A DNA stretch of 64,000 bases, from assembly GCA_050273025.1 (NCBI GenBank), contig CP158635.1:7068001-7132000 (forward strand), written 5' to 3'. This stretch comes from Cenococcum geophilum. Lineage: Eukaryota. Positions 28,347 through 39,900 of the stretch are shown one piece after another. How positions within the stretch are numbered: the stretch's first letter is position 1; every line of letters starts with the position of its first letter. The position numbers were made by a program, and so were the translations under genes. Below the pieces are notes generated by a model. That model made no database searches and was not told the origin of the DNA. It worked only from the letters and a program-made list of their open reading frames with translations.

Positions 28347-28839
28347 AGGCGCGGTTTGGTTTATGATGAATATGACGGGGTGGTCGGTCGGGGAGTTAAG
28401 GCAGTCAATACGTTGGAAAAGCATGATGATGATAATGACGCATGGATCGGTTGGAGGAAATCTGTATATACAAGGGGTAATTGCACGGATTTCAACATCC
28501 AACACTCGAGTTCTGTGTAAAAGAAGCATAGACTTCGGTTCCTTCTGGTTGCTTCTTGACGCCTGGAGGTCGGTCTCCCTAAGACAGCACGGAGTCTTCA
28601 TTATCTACTACCACCGGGTCTTGATTCGTTCGTCTGCTCTAGCCTGCTGCAGGCTCCGTTGCTTTTTTACAGAACGCCTCTAGAGCCGCCGCTGATATAA
28701 TCTAGATAGCTCGAAAGAAGATAAAGCTTAGCTCGCGCCACCGTCTGTCTGCTCGGTATTCTCTCCCCTGTTCTCGTTAAAGGACAGCACTAACTTCCTT
28801 TACCGCCAGGCGCCTTAGTTCTCGTTTCCGTCTAATTAA

Positions 28840-29315
28840 TTGGCCTTTGGCCATCTGTCGTCTCTATGTTATTACGCTTACATCTATTATCTTCAACGTT
28901 TGGGCCTCGCTGCAGGGTTTATGCAAATTCTTACCGCCTATGCTATCAGGCGAGCAGGCGAGGAGCAGGCGGGGCGGCAGAAGCTAGATTGCACATGGGG
29001 AATCCAACGGATCCAACACGGCCACGAAGCACCGAAGCCTCCCCCGTTTCCTGGAAGCTGTGTAAAGACGCAGTGTATTTTCTGCTTTTGCAATCCAGGT
29101 CAGCCCTACGAAGTCCGATTTATAACTATTATACCGCTTATAAAACTCGCGATCACGTTGAGCCGCACCTTGATGTCTACAAGCCAGGCGACACAATATG
29201 TTGTCCCGATTCAGACTGCCAAAAACCTGGCACAGGTTTGCATAGTCGTTTGCACTTTATGAATTATGCTGCATATAAGCACAACTATGACATTTTCCGC
29301 AGGCGCGACAGATAG
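28840..29315 (+). pseudogene. Internally deleted, frameshifted DUF3435 tyrosine recombinase (Starship captain-like) relic
   Basis: YLQRLGLAAGFMQILTAYAIRRAG fused to the C-terminal PFP..C.KTQCIFC...RF / DHVEPHL...CPDSDC...LHFMN..AYKH zinc-finger region; frameshift near 29120. Confidence 0.72.
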
Positions 29316-29595
29316 ATCACTCTTTGGTTAATTGGACCAAAGTACGCAGGGGTTTTGGTTTAGAATAGCCTTAGTTTTGACGTTTGTTTGAGTCACTATC
29401 TTGTTCATCCTTAACACTGAGTGTCTGCCCGACTGTAGCATTCCCAGATTATCCTATTACCGTCTTGTTGTTGATTTTATTTACCCTGACCTCTCACTTA
29501 AAACAAAGACGATGGTTAAAATAGACCAAAAAATGGTGAAGCCCAAAATATGAACACGAAATGAGATCAAAAATTGGACATGGTGGGGATCTTTT

Positions 29596-29943
29596 TATCC
29601 CTTGCACCGATGGGGTCCGTAAGAAGGTGGTCCGTGCAAGAGAACACCAAAATCAAGATGCATAAGTATTGAAGCTGTGCTGACGGCTTAGGAGGCTTCT
29701 TCTTCGCCTATATATCGTCCATTTAGGGTATTAAGTCTGTGCGACAAAGTCCTTATTGTTAGATTTGCGATCCGCACCATCTTGGTGCTGTATTTAATAT
29801 CTAAAGTTTGGCCTATCTATAAGAGCCCCTCCGAGATTTATTTTGGTGTTCCTGGCAGAACGCCGACCGCCTACGAAGAAAACTTTCTGGTTGGTTGCGC
29901 ACGAGCCACCACTTTGCGGACAGAGTCATCGGTGCAAGGGATA
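29596..29943. mobile_element. ~345-bp TA-flanked MITE (family D)
   Basis: TA-TCCCTTGCACCGATG...CATCGGTGCAAGGGA-TA perfect 15-bp TIR; inner IR GAACACCAAAAT/ATTTTGGTGTTC. Confidence 0.88.
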
Positions 29944-30354
29944 GGTTAACTTGGAAAATCCTTAATTATGGGGAGAAGCGTACAACCCACGCCCTCTCGC
30001 ATTCACAACAATTGCAAAGCGAGAATCATACCACCAGACCATATGCCCGTAACATAAAAAAAGTTCAGCAATTAATCACTAGTTATCCGATAAACGTAAT
30101 AAAACGGCGCCTACAAGTTGGGCGGGCGACCGCTCAGCTATGGTGGGCCATACTTATCTCAGTTGACTCAGACCCTCGGAGAAGAATTCGGCCCGGGCCT
30201 CCACCTACGAACTTATGTGTACTTATGAGCCAATCAGCGGCTGCCGCCGCCTCCCTTGGGCCCACATTTAGCACCCTTGCAACTTATGGGTATTTATGGG
30301 CCAATTAGTGGCAGGTGGCACGCCGTAGGCTTACGCTAGCTATTGCAGCTAATT

Positions 30355-33300
30355 ATAGAGCCCCAAGCCGGATTCCTCTCCAATGGTCTAAGGGATTATA
30401 GGCGCGATTTATAAAGGCAAGCTAGCTGCCTAGTAGACGACAATTGTATCGCCTTTAACGCGGTATATCGCCCCCTAATATACCACCGCTTAACTCGCCA
30501 ATACCTCTATTTAAAAGCCCTCCTCTTACTTTATAGAATCCATCTATAATAGAGCCCAGCCGTGCCTTAAGTGGGCGTTAAGGCGACTAAGACACCCCTA
30601 GCTGTCCCCCCTCTATTTCTAGCCTCTCTAGCTAGTTAGAAAACATTATTAAACTATCTAAGCCCTCATCTAACAATAGTAATAACGATTTAGGCAGTAA
30701 CTAAATAGGTAGTAATAAGAATAAAGTGCCTAAGCCTTTATTAAGGCGTTATAAGAGGTAGGGGAACCGCGCGTAAATGTTATAAGCCGTAGTTAATACA
30801 TTAAAAGAAAAAGGTTAGAGCTTTACTTAGTTCTTATCTACTTAGGTTAGGGCGGATAATATAGAAGAGAAGGGAATTGTAATTAAGCACCGTCGGTACG
30901 GTCGCGTTAGATAGCGGTGTTAGGCTCTATTAGATGCAGTTACAAGAGACCTATAGTTAAGTAATATCCTATATACCCGAATAAAGTTATATATAGTAGA
31001 GCTAGATTACCTTATTTAGGAATTATATTTTACCACATTTAATAGAACGTTAAAACTTAAGGACTTAAACTTTAATGTCGTCTTTTACTCTATATAGAAT
31101 ACTGCTCTAGAATAGTATACAACTTTAATATAACTATTTAGTAATTAGCAGGCGTATAGGGCTAGCTATAGTAATTAAAAAGCAAAGGGCTAGAAGGTAA
31201 ATAGCTAAGATACGCTAGTAAGGCGGGCATATGCTATTACTAGTATAATTTATTTCTCTTAGGCTAAGAAGCGGTCCAATTTCTTTTCTTTAGTAGTAGA
31301 TATATATCTTATAGGCTCTAGTATAAAAAAAGGGTGTTTAAAACGTTAGCTAGCTTTAGATTATGCTATAGTTATTATTCTGCGAATTATACTATAGGTA
31401 GTATTGCTAAAAAGGTAAAGGTATATTAGTTTTTATATTAGTACTATATATCTATTAGTACCGGCCTCTTAACTAAACTTACGCAAACTCTTATAAACTT
31501 ATAAGCTAATTAGTATAGCCTTTATAAACTACTAGCTGGCTAGGGGCTAATATTTATAGAGGTATTTTATAACGCTAGCGTATAACCCCTAGATGGTTGT
31601 TATATATAATAATATAAACTTTAAAGATATAAAGCGCAATAAGCTACTTGGTTATATATCTATTATGCGCTCTTTAATAACTGCTGCTATTATCTATTAT
31701 CCTAAACTACCTTTATTAGGGCTGCGTTAGTTAATGTATAATCTAACTATTCCGCTAAATATTAAGGACATCTACTAATCTCCTAGCTTTGGCGATGAGT
31801 TATTACTATAAATTAGCCATTACCTTATTACTAACGTAATAAAGGGGATTTACCTTACTAGTATAGAGCGTATCTTTAAAGATAGTGATCTTTTCCCTTA
31901 GATGCTAAGTATACAATATATTAGTAATAAGAAGACTAGATTTTAGTAGTTTAGTACTATTATAGAGGATAAGGGTACTATCTAAGGTACTTATAGCGTC
32001 TATAAAAGTATTTTCCTTAATTAGTTTAGTCTCCAGGCTCTAAATAACCCTTATAATAGCACTACTTCTAATAATTTTACTAAGCGGCTCTGGCTTGCCT
32101 ATAGTGACTAGCTTACTATATATTATATTAGGTTAGTAAAATAGGAGCAGATTTATACCAGCCGCCCTTTTAATTATTAGGACTAGCTACTTAGTATACC
32201 TATATAGTTCTATATTAAGATAAATCTATATAATACTCTTATACGTACACACTTTACGCCTAAGGATAAGTAAGAAAAGGCTTTTTACTGTCTACAGTCT
32301 AATATAACGCTATAAAATCGCTCTATAATTATATAAGAGAATACTAAATACTATAAGTTAGTACCTATTATTAAACGGGGTTTTATAGCGCGGATAACCG
32401 CCCTCTTTTATACTGCTATATAGCGTTAAGGCTTTAGAATTAGTATACCTAATTTATCTAAGCTGTTAGATCTAGACACCCTATCTAACCTATCTTTCTC
32501 TAAGTATATTAAAGATATTACCCAGGCTATTGGCTGCCTTACGCCTAAGTAGTTCCTAGATATTATTAATAAGATTTAACATAATGCCTTTTCTTAGGAC
32601 GCGTGAACGGGCGTAAAGTATAATAATATTAAGTTTCGGATAATATGTCGCATACTTTAAAAGGTTAAGCTTTTATTTACTGTTTAGTATACTATTAAGT
32701 ATACTAATATGGATATACTACGGCGGCTTATTAACCCCCTTATTATATTTTTCTTTAGTGCGTTATAGCATAATTACGGTTAAGAGATGCTATTCTATTA
32801 GTAGAATCTTACGTTAGTTAATTCGCCCGAACTTTAATATACAATCCTATCCTCTAGGCTAGTAAACTAGCTTAAAGCTCCCGATAAGTATAAGGTTATT
32901 AATCTTAGGTTAAAGTACTTAAATGGAAGCTATAAGATCGAGATAAAGTACTATAAAAACTCTACTTACGATATAGATATTATATTTAATTAAGTATACT
33001 TATTAAATACAACAGTTAGAATATTACGTAGTAAGATAAAATATATATTTAGTAAGAAGATATTAGGTACCTATACGCGGGCGAAGGCGGACCTTAATAT
33101 ATTTATACTTACTCGGAATCTCTATTCTAGTAACTTAGCTATATTATAGCAACTAGTATAGCTAGTAGGCTTACGCCTATTTAATTCTTATAATATTTTT
33201 AGCACTAGAGTAGAAGTTCTAGTAAGGAAGGTTAATAAGTTTAACTAGGTCTATATTTAGGGTCTGCGTTTAGTTACTACCTCTTATCCTCCTTTAGATA

Positions 33301-33440
33301 TAGAGGACCTAGCTAGCTTTATAGATATATAAAACTTTACTAATACTATTAAAGATAGGCTAGATAATATAAAGGAACTAAATTTTACTTCTAATATACC
33401 TTCTATTAGCTAGGAGGCTCTAAGTAGCCTATAAACTTAG
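30355..33440 (+). pseudogene. RIP-mutated DUF6589 (Academ-like DDE) transposase gene
   Basis: De-RIPed motifs YDNINF (~31605), EDEGTIQGT (~31965), HGDQLT (~32100), WLLGIPAWFHIEMN (~32185), LVNW...IDLGLEHLN (~32860-32925); ends approximate. Confidence 0.75.
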
Positions 33441-34317
33441 GTATACTTATATAAACTTATCGGCCAATTAAAGCGCGGCTTTCCTCTTTAGTTTGCCCTA
33501 TAAGTCTCCCTCTCCTTTACCCTATAAGGCCCCTCTACCCTAGCCCTATATATAGCCTTAATTATATTAAACGATCGCCCTATACTAGTCTATACTGGAT
33601 AAGCTATATTATCCTGCAGCACTTTAAATTAATAATAAAAGTATTGCCACTTCTTAGATCTTGGAAGGTATAGGTTTAGCTTTAAAATTTAAACCTAAAG
33701 GTAGATAATTTAAAGTATAAGCTAGGCTAATAGACTTAGTCTAGATATCTCCCAAACTTATATAAACTTATTAGCTAATTAGAATAAGGCTAAACCCCCT
33801 AGGTTACTGACCCTATTATAGGCCTTAGACCCTAAGATAATAATAACTTAAGAGGAGGATATCTAGGAAATACTATAAAGAGAAGGAATATAAAATGTCT
33901 TAATTAAGGGCCCTAGCCTTATTCTAATTAGCTAATAAGTTTATATAAGTTAGTATAAGTTTAAAAGATCTCTAGATTAGGGGCTAAAGCCTATATTAAC
34001 GGGCCCTAATAAGGGCTGGAAGCTATTATCTATAAGGGGTAAAGGCTATTAGCTAGATAATATATCTTAACTTAAAAACCCCCGCCTTGCCTTAATTAGC
34101 TAATAAGTTTATATAAGTTTATATAAGTTCGGAAGATATCTAGAGTAGTAGTAGCTTATATTAATAGACCCCCGCTAAGAGTAGAGGCTATTACCTATAT
34201 ATGGCGACTATATACAAGCCTCTATTTATAATTTTATACGTTAGTAATAAACGCAATTATATTACGTTATTAGAGTAGTAGGTTAATAGTAGAATAAGAA
34301 AGTAAATTCGTTTTACC

Positions 34318-34550
34318 TAGAGTAGAGGCCCGCTATACTTACTCTACTTTTACTATAAGCAGAGGCCCACTATACTTACTTACTTATCTACTATCTATCT
34401 AGAGTAGAGGCCTACTATACTTACTTACCTATCCGCCATCTATCTAGAGTAGAGGCCTACTATACTTATTTACCTAATCCTCTACTAAGCAGAGGCCTAC
34501 TATACTTATTATCCTCCTCTTACTCCACTAGAGTAAAGGCCCGCTAAGCC
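34318..34550. repeat. Degenerate ~35-45-bp tandem repeats with core AGAGGCCTACTATACTTA
   Basis: About six copies visible. Confidence 0.8.
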
Positions 34551-34799
34551 TACTCTCTTTTTAGGGATAGAGGCTAAGTCTATATATCCTAACCTATAGG
34601 GCTTATAACGCCTATAGTTAGGCCTATCTAAAATACTAGCTTCTTTACCTATACGGGATCTAAACTAACTAGGTAAGGTTAAAGCTTACCTATAAAAAGC
34701 CTTATAGTTAGACCCTTCTAAAATACTAGCTTTTACTAAAATAAGGTTAAAGCCTTCCCTATAAAGGGAGTCTAAAAATACGCTATACTATACTAGTCC

Positions 34800-35640
34800 C
34801 ACCCCCTTATCCTCTATACTATTAGCCCTGTGCCCCTAGCTCTAGGTAGAGGTAGTTATAGTCCCTTTAGTAATAGGGGCTATAGGGGCGGAGCTAGTAA
34901 TACCTACTAGGGTTTAGGCTTAGCCCGCCTTAAGATAGAGTATCTACTAGGGTAGGCCCTTATATAATAGCGGGCATAAGCGTCCCTAGGCTTATATACT
35001 TACTAGGCGCCTACCTTAAAGTAGACCTAGTACTTTTAACTATCCTTCTAGTAAGCTAGGCACCAATCCTTACTATAAAGCTACTTACCTAGCTCTATTT
35101 TTATAATCCTCCTAATATAAAAGAGGTTTCTCTTATTATTAGCCGTTTAGAGAAATAACTACTACTTACCCTAGCGGACGGCAGTATAGCCGTCCGTAGT
35201 TTTGCCCTAGAGTTACTAATTCTAAGGCAGACGCGGCTAGTTAGTAAGTTAGGCAGTATAGAAGCCTACCTAGGTAAAAGAAAGGGGAGGACCTAGAGCG
35301 GCGCTAATAGTAGGGGCAGGTGGCTAAGTTATAGGTCTACGTATATATAAGCTAATAATTAATATAATAGGTATTATAGTACACATACCCAGCAAGGCCA
35401 ACTATATTATTATTATTATCGTCGCCGCCAAAATCTAGCAGGCGGTTATTGTTATTATTATTACCATTATTATTATCGCTGCTAAGGGGGAAGGTAGGCG
35501 CGATAGGGCTAGTAGGTGTAAGGGGGGTAATAAGCGCAAAGAGGGGGGCGAGAAGTAAAAAAGGTAAAGGAGGAGAAGAAGGAGAAAGGGCGCGCGGGCG
35601 AGGACGCCGGATAGTCCCTAACCTTAGTTACCCGTATAAG
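34800..35640 (-). pseudogene. RIP-mutated small intron-containing gene, low-complexity Ser/Pro- and Asp-rich, product unknown
   Basis: Minus-strand GTATGT donor near 35388 with a TAG acceptor near 35337; codon-like low-complexity runs. Confidence 0.3.
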
Positions 35641-35737
35641 AGGGCAGCAATAAGGAGGAGGATTTACTTTTTCTAAAGTAGGAAGTTTAGTAGGTATATA
35701 AGCACCTAGGCAGCAGAAGGAGATATTAAAGGCTTTT

Positions 35738-36162
35738 TGTAACGGAACCTTGTAGCAAGAACTACGGTGGGCTCGTTATTGGGCTAGGTGTGTAGGAAAT
35801 GCAAGTATAAAAGTCAACAACGTAATAACAATTGGTAGAGTGGTTGCCTAACAGATTAACTCCAATTATATTCTAAGAATTACTATAAAGAAGGAACTAT
35901 CTAGGTAGGGACTAAGGGTCCTTAAATATATAACCGTACTCCTATAAAATCCTTCTTGTATATAATATACGTCTTATATATAAGGTACGTAAGTTCCTCT
36001 TATTCCTCTTATTTAATACGTAGCATATTATATAACCTTAGTTACTATTCCTTATTACATGGTTCTATTGGCTCTATTCCGGACCGTACCTAAATTAACT
36101 AACTAGCTTCTTCCGTCTCTTCTCTAAGTAGTTATAATATTATACTTAAAGCGTCCGTAATA
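35738..36162. repeat. 3' LTR of Gypsy element 1
   Basis: Starts TGTAACGGAACC; direct repeat of 43264-43688, differing mainly by transitions. Confidence 0.95.
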
Positions 36163-36269
36163 CCATCTCCCTCCTCTTTATCTTTGTCCTTAAAGATTTA
36201 AAATATCTCTAAGTTGTTTACTAAAGGTATAATATCCGTTTAATTAATTTAGTTAATATTATTGCTTAT

Positions 36270-36900
36270 TATACCTAAAGCAATTTCTTCTTTACACGCC
36301 TAACGTCGTGCTCGTACTATTGCTGCAATATTATCTCTTAGTGAGATTATGCCGTCTCCGTATTCTTGTTATTTAAAAGAGGGGTTGGTTTATATTATGT
36401 TAGCGAACCCATCTTTATAACAACTGTCCTCTTGCTTAGAGTATACTAAAGCGAATATTTATTCGTTCTATGACGTTCGCTCTACTTTTAATACTAAATA
36501 TACGCGATTTATTACTCTTAATAGTCGTCTAGTTCCCTAATTAATTTATCTTAGGGTTTTATGTTTAATCTGCTACTATATAGCTAGATGGTAAACTGTT
36601 ATAAGCCCTTACTAAGTTGGAATGTTCCTGTAATGCGGAATAGAAGGCTCTAAATACTTAAATTACGGCGTCTACTTATCTGCTTCGTCTTAAGAAGGTT
36701 TATAAGAAGGTTTATTTTAAGGAGTAGAAACTTATAGAATAAGGTCTATAGGAACTAGGTAATAAAAGAATAGATTCTCTTCTAATAGAGAAGGAAACAG
36801 ATCTAAGTAGTTTGGCAACTGCTCTTCTTAGGTCCCCCTTAGGTAACTTATTCTTTAGTAATCCTTCTTTATTAATACTGCCTAACCTAATCTCTTCTAA
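36270..36900 (+). pseudogene. Antisense accessory ORF in the 3' region of Gypsy element 1, with a Cys6 (Zn-cluster-like) motif
   Basis: De-RIPed MPSPCSCCLKEGLVCIVLANPSLRQLSSCSECTKANIRSSCDVR at 36349-36480; several Cys codons are inferred from TAT>TGT reversion. Confidence 0.55.
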
Positions 36901-39900
36901 TACTCCTGTACCTTTCCTATAGCGTTTTTTAAATTCTCTAGTAGCTCCTAGGTAGTTTTAGTATAGCCTATTTACTTAACCTTGTACTATATTTTGTCAT
37001 CAATGTCCTTATAATTAATGATCTTTAATACTTACTATTTGTCTTCTTCTTATCCTTTATATGTGTCTACTTTATAAACCGGTGGCTTAATATTCCTATA
37101 TACTGGCTTTAGTATTGCAATGTGCTATATAGGGTAGATCTTCATTTTAGCTAGTAGGTTTAACTTAAATATAACCGGTGAAATCTTTTATATAATTTCA
37201 AAAGGTCCTAGTCTAACGTGGTCCAATTTCTTACTTAGTTATCGACTCTTAAAATTTTTATATAGTAGCTATACTTTATCTCCCTCCTTAAGATCTAGTC
37301 CCTTAGATCTCTTAGTATTATAGTACTTTTTCATTCTCTCTTATACCTTCTTTACTAATTCCGTAAGGTTTGCATAAAGATTCATTAATATCTTTATTCT
37401 CTCTTTGGCTATACTACTTATTTTCTTTACTTGCCGTAGTAATAATGATATTCTTAACTTGTATCCGTAATTTGCCTTAAATAGTAATATACCTATTCCT
37501 TCTTAAGGTGTTGCATTATATGCAAACTGTGTAACTAGTAATAGTAATACCCAATTATTTTATATATAATTAATATAATGCCTTAAATACTACTCTAGCG
37601 TCTAATTTAATCTTTCCGTTTAACCGTCTATCTATAGATAGTATACGGTGGAAGTTACTACTTAAACTCCTTACTCCGCTAAGAACACTTCCTAGAATGC
37701 TGCTATAAATCTTAGATCTCTATCCGATATAATCTTGCTTAGTGCTCTATATCTTATAAATACTTCTTTAACGTAGATTTTAGCAACATCTTCCGCTGAG
37801 ATTTCTTCTATGTATGCTATAAAGTATCCCCACTTTATAAGCTTGTCTATTATTACTAAAATCGCGTTATAATCTTATCTAGTAATAGGATCTTTTAATT
37901 TTAGCAACTTAATAATAAAGTCCTATAATATAACCTCCTATGGTTTCTCTGGTATTTTAATAGGTTATAGCCCTCTATATAGCTTATGCCTTATTAGTTT
38001 ATTCCTTTAGTAATTTAGACATTCTTTTATAACCTTTCTAGCTATTCTTTAGATTCTATCAATAACGTACTCCTCTTAGAGTCTCAACACTAAGCCCGTA
38101 GCTCTATTGTGTTCTTAGGTTAGTCCCTTATAGAAGTCCTCTATAAACTGCTCTACTATACTTCTTAGAATATACTTTACTTTTTAATTTTCGTATATAT
38201 CCGTCTATAGATCTTCTAGCTATACTTTTAGAATTCTTTACGCCTAAAAGCTTTCTAGTGTCTTATAGACTTTCTCTAGTTCATCGTCTTCTTAAGTTGC
38301 TGCGATTTTTGGATAATTATACCTAATTAATCCGTCTATATCTTTTTGCAATAAAGCCCCTAATAGCTTTTCCTTATTTTGTAGTTTAGCTTTACGGCTT
38401 AAAGTATCTGCCCGTATATTATCTGTACCTTTAGTATACTAAATCTTGAAATGGTATTCTATAAGCATCTCTGCCTATCTAACCTATCTTTAGTTAAGTT
38501 CCTTTATTATTAAGAATCCTATTAGGTTCTTATAATCCGTCTTAACTATAAATAGTTTCTCTATACCTTGTAAGAATGCTCTTTATTTCTTTAATACTGC
38601 AACTATACCTAATAACTCCTTATTATAGATGTTATAGTTTAACTCTGGTGGTGTTATCTTTCAACTATAGTATGCCACTAGGTGCCATCTATTTTAATGC
38701 CTTTATATAAAGTATGCCCCTAGTATATAGTCTAATATATCCGTTTCTATAATTGTCTCTAGTCCTAGTTAATAGATCTTAAGAACTAGCTCCTAGGTAA
38801 ACAACTTTTTAACTTTCTTAAAGAGTTTTCTTTGCTCTTCCCCCTATACCTATAGTTCTTCTTTCTTTATTAACCGCGTAAATGGCTTAATATCCTTTAA
38901 CTATTGCGCTATAAACCTTCTGCAGTAATTGCAAAACCCTAGGAATAATCTTAACTATATAACGTTCTCTAGTTCCTACCAATTTACTATAGCCTCGATC
39001 TTTTTTAGATCTATACTAAGTTAGCTTAGTTTAATAATAAATCCAATAAAATCAGTCTTTCTAGTAAAAAACTCGCATTTCTTAATTGCTACTAGCATCT
39101 GTTCTTCTTATAGTCTCTTTAAAACCTATTTAACGTATTCCCCGTATTCTTCCTTAGTTATTAAGTAGATAATAATATTATTAAGATATACTATAATAAA
39201 TTCATCTAAGTATTCTCCTAATATATTATTAATACACTTCTAGAACGTTGCTAGTGTATTTATAAGCCCGAATTGTATAACTAATAGTTTATATAATTCT
39301 TCTTTTAACCTAAAGGCTGCCTTTTATTCGTCGCCTTCCTTAATCTTAATTTAATAGTACGCCCATCTTAGATCTATTTTTGTAAAGATTTGCGCATTGC
39401 CTATCCTATTTTAGATTTCGCTAATTAAGGGTAAAGGATACCTATCCTTCCTGGTAATGCTGTTTAACTGTTTATAGTTAATATACAGCCTTAGTTTACC
39501 ATTCTTCTTTAGTATAAATAGTACTGGATAACCCGCTAATAACTATAATGGTCTAATATATCCCTTTCGTAGATTTTCCTAGATAAACTCTTTTAACGCT
39601 CTACCCTCTTCTTTAGTAAGCTTGTAGATTAGAAAGAACTTTAGACTTATTCCTAGTTCTAACTCTATTTTATAGTCCTATGCTACATATTCTAATAGCT
39701 TTTTATTTTTTGGTAACTATAGTTTTTTACTATACTTATAGTATCTTTTTGGTATATGGCTTAGTCCTTTTTCTGTTTCTTTATAGGTTGCTCCTACTTA
39801 GTACTATACCAACTTGGCTTATTATTGTATTTTGTGGCGTTAAGTATCTCTAATATTGACCTGACCTGTATTCCAATTAATTCTTAGATTATATTCCTAT

